NCBI RefSeq assembly: GCF_009914755.1 | Contig: NC_060939.1 | Origin: the human T2T-CHM13v2.0 reference genome, Homo sapiens | Direction: 5' to 3' (one strand) | Length of the DNA stretch: 64,000 nucleotides | Shown here: one piece after another, positions 1 to 12,909 of the stretch | Numbering within the stretch: the stretch's first letter is position 1 | Layout: every line of letters starts with the position of its first letter | Translations under genes and position numbers: made by a program | The notes under the pieces: generated by a model | The model's database searches: none | The model's input: the letters and a program-made list of their open reading frames with translations, nothing else | What the model was told of the DNA's origin: nothing

Positions 1-8
1 CTGGTTGA

Positions 9-350
<342 letters not shown>

Positions 351-1072
351 AACTTCTGCTAGTCTTTTTGCAGTTTGCCTGCTATTTAGTTATCTATGAT
401 CTCCTCTACTTGCATAACTTACCATGAACTAACTTAAGAGCATTCTATGTCAACTAACCTTAGTAACTTTCCCTTGTCTGATGCGTTAAATTTCCTTTCC
501 AATCAATGTGATTGACTCAACATCACACGGTTCAGCAGTTACTAAAATGCACCAAAGAGTTACTACAAGACTGTAATTTAAACCCAGGCAGGCAATTTCA
601 AAAAGCTGTACCTGGTAGCTTTTCTGCAAAGTGGTTGTAACCCAGATGTTCTATCTATGTGAAGGCAGCTCAACAATATTTCTATGAAAAAGGCATTAGC
701 GAACAACCTGACACGTTATCTCAAGAGATACACTATCATTCTACTGCTATACTGGGTACACTTTTGCATTGTCAATAGCTCCCATGATTAAAAGAATTAA
801 TGACAGACATCTTGATTCATACTTTATTTCAATCATCTCACTTGATCCTTCAAACCCTATGGTATTATGTATTTTTTCATTGTAGAAATTAATGCTCAGA
901 AATAAATAGCGCACTACAAAATGCCATAATTGAAACCCAAGCTTGCCAGCGTCTAAAGCCCATTCTTCTACCATGATACCATGGTGCTTTTTTCAAGTGA
1001 TATGGCTTTTCCCTCTCCTCTAATGACTTTTTCATTCACCTCTCCACCTTGGCTTTATGGCGTGCGCGCACT

Positions 1073-1074
1073 CA

Positions 1075-1108
<34 letters not shown>
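1073..1108. repeat. (CA)n microsatellite
   Basis: direct CACACA run. Confidence 0.9.
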
Positions 1109-3569
1109 GAGCTTAGGTTAGCTCATCATTATTTCTTTAGTACCTGTTATTTGATTTTTTGCCAACCAGGCACCAGACTTAATTTTTTATATTGCATATA
1201 GTTTGCTAAATAAGGGACATGTAGTAATAAAATAATATCCCAGAGGACATTTTCACATTTTACTTGCTGTTTCTCTTTCAAAATTTCCAACGTTAAAAGA
1301 GGCAAACAGCCATAGGCTCTGGATATAATAGCTTCAGCTGCAAATAAAAAAATTGTCTTTCTGGATGGAAGGTGTGAAAAGGACTATTATTGCATCAGTC
1401 TCTCAGCTACTCTCCCACAGAACATTGCGGTCTGTTCAAACGAATGAGGACAGTAGTGAATAAACCAGTCTTTTAAACTTGTGTAAGATTTTCCATACCT
1501 GGGTTTCAGATCATTTTAGAGGCAAGTATTAATTTATTCTTTTTTCTCCTAATTTTTCATATGGACAAATTTAGGCACAGAGGAGATAATGAACTTGGCA
1601 GAGAATCAGGAGCAAAACACTGATGGAAAATGATGCTGATTTAAATGTTTCCTGCTTGCATTTCTCATAATGAAAGCACAGCCATATTGTGACACTTGTT
1701 ATTTTATGGTTCACTGAAGAGCCGCAATAACAAATTTTAAATACCTATCAAATGTCATAAAATGTCATTTAATATTGTTCTTCGTTTGTTAAAGGGAAAA
1801 TGAAAACTGATAAAGTTCATGTATATTTTGTGCTAGTTCAATAAACTAAATACCATACTATAAGACTTTCAGCAAACATACAGTCAATTGTAATATGGTA
1901 ATATTAAATAAGAGGGTACTACACTTTTTCAAGAGAAAGTGGTCTTATTAAAAAGGTTATTTTAATGATGCTCTAAACAATTTCTTTGGCTGCATCACAG
2001 CATAGGTTCAGTTCATAATAAAAGTTGCCTTTGAACGAAGTATTCTAAATTTTTACAAGACTCCAATTCTCCTGTGCAATTACGGAATTTGAAATGTAAT
2101 TCTCCTGGAACCATAAAAGAATTAAGACCAGAGAACTGCTGTTAAGAATAAAGCAAGATAAAAAGGAATTGCTTCAAAGACCCTTTTTATTCTTCTATTT
2201 TTTAGTGCCACGTTATATTCCAAGTCACTATGTTGTTATGGAAAAGGACAATGAGAAAATCCACTCTAGACAATTGAACATTTCTAGAATGTTGACTCAG
2301 GGCTATTTTTCTCTTGATAATTATGTATTAATTCAATATGGACATCTGTATGTGAAATCCTCAAAGAATTTCCAGAAGAATGGATGATATATCAATGCAC
2401 AACTGTTTGGCATTGGTTTATTGTGGACTCAGCACTGTGTTAGGCACAATGGCTCAGGCAAATTGTTTGGGAACATGGCCCCTGCTCTAGATCTGCATGG
2501 CATTTGTTTATCATTTGAACTGAGATGTGGTTATTACAACTTAACTTCTATCTCTATTTCACATTCCATTAATCATCAAGTACTATAGATTCTATCACCT
2601 TCATAATCTTTCAAATCTGCCCATTTTACTACATGTGCAATACCACTGTTAATGATGATCACAATAAGCTCCTAACCATCCTCTTTGTCTTCAATCCTAT
2701 CCACTTTAATTCATTCTGAACAACAGTTTGGAAATAAAATTGTGAGTGTATCACCCCTCCATTTTAAACTGTTCCAGAGTATTTTCATTTAACTCCTGCC
2801 ACAGTTTAAGCCCATCAGCATAACCAGGCAAGGTCCTCCGTAAGCTGACCCTTCTTAAACTTCTAGCTTAGAATTTTTACTCCTTCTGCAAATATTTCAT
2901 CCAAATTAAATATCATGTAGTTTCCTAAGAGAGATTCTTCTCTCTTCTTCTCCCAAGTCCTTTTTTATTTCCTCCTTTTAAAGCGTACTTCCTCTCACCT
3001 TTCACCTGACTCATGTTACCAGTCTGTTGAGACTTAGTTCAGAAATCACATCTTTCATTTTGTCTTTCCCTACCCTCTCCTCTCCTATGAATTAAGTCTT
3101 GCTTCTATGTAAACAATTAGCTTAGATATTTATAACTGATGCTGTACTTATATGGTTCTGTTGTCTTCCATGAACATGTGTTAGATCTTTGAAGACAAAT
3201 ATATGTTATTCATCTTATGAAATTTGTCCTACACAGAATTTGGCACATGGTTATCCATTCAAATGTTTGTGGAATAAATATGAATAAACTCAAAATAAAG
3301 AGAACATATATTAATTTTGTCCTAATTTGCAAAATTCTCCATTTTATTTCCCTCACTGCAAACTATCCCCACTGACAGAATTGGTATCTGATTTCATAGT
3401 GTTGATTTCTAACATTTTTAAACAAAAAACTATGTTTCAATTATAAATCATGTATTTAGGTAAGAATCCTTGCTTCATCAACTATAAGAACATAAATTCT
3501 AAGACATTTTCTCTACTGAGATGTTAAAATGTAGGGAGAAATGTGTGTTTTATAATTAACGAAATAAAA

Positions 3570-3770
3570 TTCCTTAAGGTCTTACCATATGCTTGGCCCC
3601 ATGCTGTGTTTTATATTAATTAGTTCTCTTAATCTTCACCACAGTCCTATGAGGAGGGTATTTTTATTATTCTCATTCTAAAAGTTAATAAAATAAGTTC
3701 AAAAGAAAGGTAATTTTCCCAAAGTTACCCAGATTATAAGTGGCAATTGTAGGATTTATCTCTATCTTAC
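3570..3770 (-). mobile_element. MIR fragment
   Basis: degenerate MIR core (aatcttcaccacagtcctatgagg...ttattattctcatt...cccaaagttaccca). Confidence 0.55.
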
Positions 3771-3994
3771 TCTACTGTCTGAAACATTCTCGATATTCCT
3801 TTTTTGGGTTCAGTACTAAGAAAAAACTATAGAAAATAACATTACTGGTCCTCATTTTAGAATATTCTTTCCTTGGGTTCATCATACACACACGTGCACA
3901 CATAAACACAAACATACACAGTAATTGTAAACGGTGTGGTAATTTCTTTAAATTTTGTTAAAATACCTCCCGAGAAAAATGGAGACAAGTAGGG

Positions 3995-6335
3995 GAGAGA
4001 ATCTCAGAGCTTGAAGACTATCTTTCTGAAATAAAACAGGCAGGAAACAATAGAGATAAAAGAATAAAAAAGACTAAACAAAATCTCCAAGAAATATGGG
4101 ATTATGTAAAGAGACAGAACCTACGACTGATTGGGGTACCTCAAAGAGATGGGGAGAATGGAATCGAGTTGGAAAACATACTTTAGGATATCATCCAGGA
4201 GAACTTCCCCAACCTAGCAAGACAGGCCAACATTTAAATTCAAGAAATTCAGAGAACTCCAGTAGGACACTCCATGAGAAGATCAATCCCAGGACACATA
4301 ATGATCAGATTCTCCAAGGTTGAAATGAAAGAAAGAATGTTAAGGGCAGCCAGAGAGAAAGTCCAGGTCACCTACAAAGGGAAAGCCATAAGAGTAACAG
4401 TGGACCTCTCAGTGGAAACCCTCCAAGCCAGAAGAGATTGGGGGCCAATATTCAACATTCTTGAAGAAAATAATTTCCAGCCTAGAGCTTCATATCTGGT
4501 CAAACTAAGCTTCCTAAGCTAAAGAGAAATAAGATCCTTTACAAACAAGCAAATCCTGAGGGAATTTGTCACCCTCAGGCCTGCCTTGTAAGAGCTCCTG
4601 AAAGAAGCACTGAAAATTGAAAGAAAAAATTGTTACCAGCCACTACAAAAACACACTGAAATACACAGACCAGGGACACTATGAAGCAACCACATGCACA
4701 ATTCTGCAAAATGACCAGCTAGCATCATGATGACAGGATCAAATTCACACATAACAATACTAACTTTAAATGTAAATGGGCTTAATGCCTCAATTAAAAG
4801 ACACAGAAAGGCAAGCTGGATAAAAGGCCAAGACCCATCACTATGCTGTCTTGAAAAGAGCCATCTGACGTGCAAATACACACATAGGCTCAAAATAAAG
4901 GGAAGGAGGAAAATTTACCAAGCAAATAGAAATCAAAGAAGGGGTTGCAATCCTAGTTTCTGACAAAACAGACTTTAAACCAAAAAGATCAGAAAAGACA
5001 AGGGCATTACATAATGGTGAAGGGTTCAATTAAGCAAAAAGAGCTAACTCTATTAATCTACATATGCACCCAACATAGGAGCACCCAGATTCATAAAGCA
5101 AAGAGTCACAAAGAGACTTAGACTCCCACACAATAATAGTGGAAGACTTTAATACCTCACTGACAATATTAGACAGATCATTGAGACAGAATACTAACAA
5201 AGATATTCAGGACCTGAACTCAGCTCTGGATCAAGCAGACCTGATAGATACCTACAGAGCTCTCCAGCTCAAAACAACAGAGTATACATTCTTTTCATCA
5301 CCACGTGGCACCTTAAAATTGATCATGTAATCAGAAGTAAAACACTCCTCAGCAAATGCAAAAGAATTAAAATCATAACAAACAGTCTCTTAGACGGCAG
5401 CACAACCAAATTAGAACTCAAGATTGAGAAATTCACTCAAAGCCACACCATCAAATGGAAATTGAACAACCTGCTCCTGAATGACTCCTAGAAAAATAAC
5501 GAAATTAAGGCAGAAGTCAAGAAATTCTTTGAAACCAATGAGAACAAAGAGACAATGTACCAGAATCTCTGGGACACAACTACAGCAGTGTTAAGAGCGA
5601 AATTTATAGCACTAAATGCCCACATCAGAAAGTGGGAAAGATCTAAAATTGACATTCTAACATCACAATTAAAAGAGCTGGAAAGGCAAGAACAAACAAA
5701 TTCAAAAGCTAACAGAAAAAAAGAACTAAGATCAGAGCAGAACTGAAGGAGATGCAGAAATAAAAACTCTCCAAAAAATCAATGAATCCAGGAGCTCGTG
5801 TTTTGAAAAAAATACACAATCAATAGACCACTAGCTAGACTAATAAAGAAGAAATGAGGGAAGAATCAAATAGACACACAAAAAAATGATTAACTCCACC
5901 GAAATACAAACTACCATCAGAGAATACTATAAACACCTCTATGCACATAAACTAGAAAATCTAGAAGAAATGAACAAATTCCTGGACACACACACCTTCC
6001 CAAGACTAATTCAAGAAGAAGTTGAATTCCAGAATCGACCAATAACAAGTTCTGAAATTGAGGCAGTAATTAATAGCCTACTGATCAAAAAAAGCCCAAG
6101 ACCAGGTGGATTCTAGGACGCAAGGCTGGTTCAACATTTGCAAATCAATAAACACAATACATCACATAACCAAAACCAAAGACAAAAACCACATGATTAT
6201 CTCAATAGATGCAGAAAAGGCCTTTGATAAAATTCAACATCCCTTTATGTTAAAAACTCTCAAACTAGGTATTGGTGAAACACCGCAAAATAATAAGAGC
6301 TATTTATGACAAACCCATAGCCAATATATTGAATA
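3995..6335 (+). mobile_element. L1 (older L1PA/L1PB) fragment: ORF1 3' half plus ORF2 endonuclease region, internally deleted near 6116
   Basis: ORF peptides IMIRFSKVEMKERMLRAAREK (ORF1), MTGSNSHITILTLNVNGLN (ORF2 start 4727), [19 protein letters not shown] (RT); many stops and frameshifts. Confidence 0.92.
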
Positions 6336-6356
6336 GACAGAAATGGTACGATGGAC

Positions 6357-6493
6357 ATAATACTATTGCACCCCTACTAGACTACAGTGTAGTATAAACA
6401 TAAACTTTAGATGCACTGGGAAACCAAACACTTCCGTCTGACTTGCTTTATTGCAGTGGCCTGGAACTGAATCCACGATATCTGAGGTATACC
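6357..6493 (+). mobile_element. Tigger1 3' end fragment (DNA transposon)
   Basis: atgcactgggaaaccaaa...ttgctttattgcagtgg...ctggaactgaa...tatctgaggtat resembles the Tigger1 terminus. Confidence 0.65.
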
Positions 6494-6914
6494 ACTATTT
6501 GAACTGAATAAAACTGGTAGCTTTCACTTTGTTTTTACTTCTTCAGCAATCATAACAAATTTTGGTGTATTTAAAGTACAGCAAGGTAATTATTATCTTC
6601 AAAGAGCCCCTAAATTAGTAGAGAAGAGAATACCTATAAAAATGTAAAAACAATGCTGGTAAATAATGACAAATGGCATAATAAGGGAATAGATCCAATG
6701 GTTAAGAATTGCACAAAAATAAAAATCACTCTATTTAGAATTGGAAAAAGCACCAGGAATGGTATCTTATTTTAACAAAATTTGTAAAACTCAAAAGGCT
6801 GACATAAGTGATGGGCTCTGGGTATATGAACAGGCTGAGCAAGAGTGGAGTGTAGAAATTTCCCAGAGAATTGAGAAATACTTTTATGACTTGTATGTCA
6901 GAGAGTACACAGCA

Positions 6915-7085
6915 AACATAGCGCAATGTTAAGACTATAGATCTGGAGTGGTTTCTAGCCTCCACTCCTGGTTATTTCCTACTGATTAGCTGTGGGGCAT
7001 TAATGAAGTCACTTAACATCCCTGAACTGGAGTTTTCTCATAGATGGAATGGGACTAGTGATACAACTGATTTACAACTATTGAG
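6915..7085 (+). mobile_element. MIR fragment
   Basis: tagctgtggg...aagtcacttaac...ttttctcat...aatgggactagtgata MIR core. Confidence 0.55.
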
Positions 7086-8199
7086 ATAGAATTTTTTGTT
7101 AGTGGAAGAAAGAGATGGATAGATAAAAAGATGAGATAAGTCTGGGGAAAGAAATCAGGTCTTTTAGAGATGTACATTAGGGATTTAGAACTTCTTGCCA
7201 TAGGGCATGTAAAATTTAACTTGGATTACATGAACTGGTTAATGCACATGATACAATTATTTAAATTAATTAAATTCAGAAAAATTATTAACTTTTGCTT
7301 ACTAGATTACCTATGACAATGAACTTTCTGACATTGAAAACGCAAAGATAAGTAATAGCTACAATGTATTTTCAGGTCCCTATATAGTTGATATTTTATT
7401 AGATTCTACATGCTACTAGAACATTCAAATAGATACAGTTAAGATAGAGCAATGAGAATAAAACATTTCAAAATCTAATTTCCCTTAACATATTAATTTA
7501 ACGTGATGTTAAAATATTTTATATAATCAATATCATATAACAAATTTTATAATAAAATATTCTTCGTTATGACAAAACTATTTTTCCTTGACTGGATTTA
7601 CAAATGGTTGAGAGCAGTTATTTGCCTTTGACTCTTGTGGAGACCACAATCTGCTGGTTTACATTATTTATTTGTTTAGAGACTCATTTCCCTAATTAAC
7701 TGAACAGAGGCAAACTTCACAGGTTCCAGAAATTAATGATATTTTATTGGCCTAGTAGTCCAGATAAAAAGGGAATTTCTGACAGGATGATTTAGATAAT
7801 TGTCTCAATTTGCTTCATAGCTTTCTACTTATTGATACATCATTAGAGTTTACCTCGTGTATTCTCACAGGCACAGGTAATCAGTTGAATATATCTATAG
7901 GTGATTCAGCCTGTGTTAAGTGCCTCCTCAGTAAAGTATGTGCACATGATTGCATTGTTGAAGGTACATTACCAATAAAGATACCATGAAATTGCAAATC
8001 AATTCATAGATTTGTTAAAAACACTCAAACTTTTTCTTAAGAAAAATAGCTTTTTCTGTGTTTTAATTTTTTTCTCAATGATAATGTCAGCGTTAAAAAG
8101 ATACACTCAGGTGCCTCGATGCTTCCTCTCTGTAAGTTGTATCTTGGTAAGTATTCAGAACAAAAAATAAGCATACAGATTTCTTAAACTTCGTTTTGG

Positions 8200-9044
<845 letters not shown>

Positions 9045-10149
9045 TATTATATTGGAAGAAAGAGTGAGATAATATGCTGACACTCACACCGGGCTCATGC
9101 GCCAGTAGGAGGAGGTCGCCCTCCAGAGACTGCAGGAGAAGGGGGAGAACTCCTCCTTGCCCTGGCTGTTCCTCCACCACTTCCACCGAGCCTGTGGTAC
9201 AGCACCCGAAGCTTCCTACCCACCCTAGGCCTGGCCGGGCAGGCCCCGCAGCGCTCCTACTCCCTCTTCCCGGCCCCTGGACTTGCGGCTGCTGCCACAA
9301 CTAGCGCAGATGTCACTATAACCATCGCTGCTGTTGCCCTCAATGCACTGGCCCACCCTACAAAGCTCCTACTACCTGGCCACCGCCGCAGCCCTGCCCC
9401 TGCCATGGCCACAGCTGGCCGTCCTCCTACCGCTCTGGTGCGAGGTAGTCTCGGTAGCTGCCACCAACCGCAGCAAGGCGAGCAGCAGCCCAAGGCTATC
9501 TGCAAGCTTCCAGCATGTAACTCCTCCTCCTCCTGGCATGGAACAGCTGGACACACACAGCCAAAAAAGCCTAGAGGAGAATGCAAAGACTGATAGCGTT
9601 AGAGCCTCACCTTGTCATCCTGGCCACTGGGTGGCAGGGGCCAGTCTCAGTGAAGGCACTCATATCCACCCTCCAAAGTCCAGCCTCTCCTTTTGGCCCA
9701 AGCGGGCCAGGAACTGGGACCTGGAGTGGTGACTGGTAACATCACACTGCCTGGCTCCAATCCACAGGAACCGCTGGGCCCACCAGGACTGCGCTCCTTG
9801 GGGAACAAAATCAGCAGGAACTCAGACACAGCCAGCCCTCCCACCCAAATGCCGGTTCCCCATCCCAATGCCTCCACCCACAGAGCCCTGTCTCCCCGTG
9901 GTGTCCCCGCCACTCCGTGTCCAGCGTGCCTAGGGGTGCCAGGTGGTCTCCGCAACACAGAGCGAAAAGGGCATGGCCCCGGGAACCCCGGCGGGTAAGG
10001 GGTCCTTGCCGTGCTCAGGATTACTGCGGAAACGCCGTGCGCTCGCTGCGCTCTAGCAGGAGCAGGAGGAGATCGCCTTTTAGAGTCTGAAATCCAGAAA
10101 GAGGAAGAAGGCTCCTTCCTTGGAGACCCTGTTGCTGCAAGCTCTGCCG

Positions 10150-11397
10150 CCACCAGCAAGGCAGCCCCTGATGGCGCCCCTAATCCGCTGCCTGATGTTG
10201 GCTCTGGGATAGCGCCCCCAACACCGCCCCTCGCCACTGCAATGTAAAACCCAATAGCGCCCCCAACCCATCCCTGCCTCGGACGTCGCAGCACCAGATA
10301 ACTCCCCCATCCTACCGTCTGCCGTCGGCCATGCAGCCACGGATAGGACCTCCAACTAACCCCCGGCTGCGGGCAGTGATGCCCCGGAGAGCACGGCCAC
10401 CTGCTCCATGCCGTCAATAGTGCAGCCATGGATCCTTAAGGTCCCCAACCCCCTCCCCACGACGAGCAGTGCAGCCCTACATAGCAGATAGCACCCCCAA
10501 CTGTCCCCCACCCAGGGGGAATGATGCCCTGGATAGTGCACCCCACCCGCACCCCGCCATGGGCAGTGCAGCCTCCGACAGCACCCCTAACCTGTATACC
10601 GCTGCCAAAAATATGGTCCCCGATAGCACACCAAACCCAGCCCCCACCACAAACAGTGCAGCAGCTGATAGAGCACCTAACTCGCCCCACCGCCACTGAC
10701 CACAGTGCAGCCCCCGAACGGTGCCCACAACCCACCCCACCACCCCGCCTGCCACCGGCCGGGTATCACCCCCAAACCGCCCCTTGCTGTGAGGAGTGTA
10801 TCCCCTAGTAGCGCACCCAAACCTGCCCTCTATCATGGGCAGTCTGGCCCGATAGACCCCGAAACCGCACCCTCCAAGCACCTACCCGCACCCACCGCTG
10901 CCCCGCCCCACCACCAGCAGTGTAGCACCTGATACTGCCTCTAACCTCTCCCCTGCCATGGACATTGCAACCCCACATAGCGCCCCCAACAAGCCCCCAC
11001 CATGGGCAGTGCAGCCCCAGATAGCATCCCCACCCCGCTGTCGGCAATGAAGCCCGACCAGTAAGCACCCCCACCAGTCCGCACCCTAACCAGCCCTCCC
11101 ACCACCATGCCGCCGGCAGTGCAACCACAATAGCAGCCCCAACCCGGCCCCTGTCGCGGGCAGTGCAGCACCCAATAGCACCCCCAACCAGCCCTACTGC
11201 TGCCATCAATACAGCCCAAGATAGTGACCCCAACCCGCCCCCCACCAACCCCCCCCCCCACCCGCTGCTGAGGGCAGTGCAGCCCCGGATAGCACACCTA
11301 AAAGCAGTGACGCCCAAAATAACACTCTAGTACACCCAAAGTAGTGACACCTGGAATAATACCCCAACCAGCCCCCGCCGCGGGCAGCCCTGGATAG
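10150..11397. repeat. Degenerate GC-rich tandem repeat (~40-50 bp unit, approx. CAGTGCAGCCCCGGATAGCACCCCCAACCCGCCCC), C-rich on +
   Basis: recurrent cagtgcagcc / gatagc(a/g)cccc / aacc motifs, e.g. at 10467, 10564, 10654, 10702, 11007, 11161, 11275. Confidence 0.85.
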
Positions 11398-11402
11398 CTT
11401 AC

Positions 11403-11750
11403 CTACCCCATTGCCTTTCTACACTCTGGCCAGCTGCAGTATCTGTCGCTGCCACCAACCACAGCGAGGCCAGCCAGGGAGGCGAGCCAGGGAGGCGAGC
11501 CAGCGAGGCCAGCCGCAGTCCTGCAGGCTCTAGCCTCCAGCCTATGGTAGGTGCTTTCTCCTTCTTTCCTTCCTGTAGCCAAGCACGGAGCAGCTGTCAC
11601 TGCCAGCTGCCTCTCTCCATTGCCACCACACACCATTCAAGGCTCCAGGGCTCCAGGTTCCAGGCTCCAGCCTGCGGCAGCACAATCTGCTGCCGCTTTC
11701 TCCAAACTCTGCGGCAGAAGTACAGGTTAACACACGATAGCCTGCAACAG
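11403..11750 (-). ncRNA. LINC01193: Predicted first exon of a LINC01193/CT60-type cancer-testis lncRNA (or paralogous copy)
   Basis: reverse TATA at 11773-11780; strong donor AG|GTAAGC at 11402; lies ~100 bp downstream of MIR5701 on the same strand and opposite the NF1 pseudogene, matching the recalled 15q11.2 arrangement. TSS is inferred. Confidence 0.55.
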
Positions 11751-11770
11751 CGCGACGCCCCCTTAGCATA

Positions 11771-12000
11771 CCTTATATACTGGGGGGTTGTGCAGGCCTG
11801 GTTCTCGGACTTCACGTTCTGATTGGATGAGAGAAACATCTACGCCTACTCTGATTGGACGTTATTTTCATGTTCTGATTGGATCAGAACAAGTCTTAGG
11901 CTAACCAATCAGAACGTGACAATAAAGTCCAATCAGAGTAGGCCTAGTGTTTTCCTCTCATCCAATCAGAACATGTAGTTTATAATCTCGGTATATAAAG
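11771..12000. promoter_or_regulatory. Palindromic bidirectional promoter: 3 reverse plus 3 forward CCAATCAG (NF-Y) boxes flanked by two outward TATA boxes
   Basis: ATTGG at 11822, 11854, 11878; CCAAT at 11905, 11929, 11962; TTATATAC 11773-11780 and GTATATAA 11991-11998. Confidence 0.75.
11853..11934 (-). ncRNA. MIR5701: MIR5701-type precursor hairpin (mature UUAUUGUCACGUUCUGAUU = 11907-11925)
   Basis: reverse complement GATTGGACTTTATTGTCACGTTCTGATTGG...AATAACGTCCAATC (82 nt) matches the recalled miR-5701 hairpin; inverted repeat is visible directly. Confidence 0.8.
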
Positions 12001-12019
12001 CATGTTAAGAGATAGAGTT

Positions 12020-12261
12020 GCACTAGTCCAGCCTCGTCGGCATCTGACTTCATAGCTGCTCCATTGCCAGCTTGGAGTAGGAGGTGCCAGCCACTGCATG
12101 CTGGAGGCTGCAGCCTACCGGGCTGTGGCTGGCCTCCCTGGCTCACCACCTCGCCGGCTTGCCTCGCCTTGCCTCGCCTTGCCTCGCTGGCTTGCCTTGC
12201 CCGCTGCGGTTGGTGGCAGCGATGGACACTGTAACCGGCCAGAGTGTAGAAAAGCGTCGGG
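12020..12261 (+). other. Predicted mirror-image first exon on + ending in donor GG|GTAAGT (12262)
   Basis: TATA 11991-11998; diverged inverted copy of 11403-11600 (GGTTGGTGGCAGCGA...GGCCAGAGTGTAGAAA...GGG|GTAAG). Confidence 0.5.
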
Positions 12262-12267
12262 GTAAGT

Positions 12268-12692
12268 GCGCTATCCAGGGCTGCACTGCCCTTGGCCTGG
12301 GACGGGTTGGGGGCCCTATCTCAGGCGTCACTGCCCACCTTGGGTGGCTGGTTAGGTGTGCTATCTGGGGCTGTGCTGCCTGCACCCGGGGGTGGTTTGG
12401 GGGCCCTAACCGGGGCTGCACTGCCCTCGGCGGGGAGCCTGTTGGGGAAACTATCCCAGACTGTATTGCTGGCAACAGTGAGGTGGGCTAAGTGTCCTAT
12501 CCAGGGCTGCACTGCACGGCTGTTGCGGGGGGGTGGTGGTTTCAGGTTGAGGGTGCTATGGGGTGCTGCAATGCCCGTGGTTCGGGGAGGCGGGGCGGTT
12601 TGGGTGTGTTGGGTGTGCTATTGCGGGGGGGCTACACTGCTGGTGGCAGGGGGCAGGGTGGGTTGGGGGCCATATCAGGGGCTGCACTGATT
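12268..12692. repeat. Inverted copy of the GC-rich tandem repeat (G-rich on +)
   Basis: gggctgcactg / gctatc / gggttggggg motifs at ~12279, 12414, 12505, 12680 are the reverse complement of the 10150-11397 unit. Confidence 0.8.
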
Positions 12693-12885
12693 GCTTTAGC
12701 TAGGGTTTCCAGTACTATGTTAAATAACAGTGGTGACAGTGGGCATCCTTATCATGTTCCAGATCTTAGAGGAAAAGCTTTCCATTTTTCCCCATTCCAT
12801 ATGATTCTAGCTGTGGGGGTCTCTCATGTGGTTTTTATTGTGTTGCAGTATGTTTCTTCTGTACCCGTTTTTTGAGGATTTGTAG
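12693..12885 (-). mobile_element. L1 ORF2 fragment
   Basis: ttccagtactatgttaaataacagtggtgacagtgggcatcctt...cttagaggaaaagctttc. Confidence 0.8.
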
Positions 12886-12909
12886 CATGTTCCCCAAATT
12901 GAATATACC

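Noticed and set aside
4096-6309. Cluster of ORFs as host genes
   Set aside because: Fragments of a decayed L1 ORF1/ORF2.
11771-12000. LTR12/ERV9 LTR as source of the CCAAT-TATA promoter
   Set aside because: Palindromic rather than tandem layout, and none of the LTR12 repeat sequence I recognise; the similarity is architectural only.
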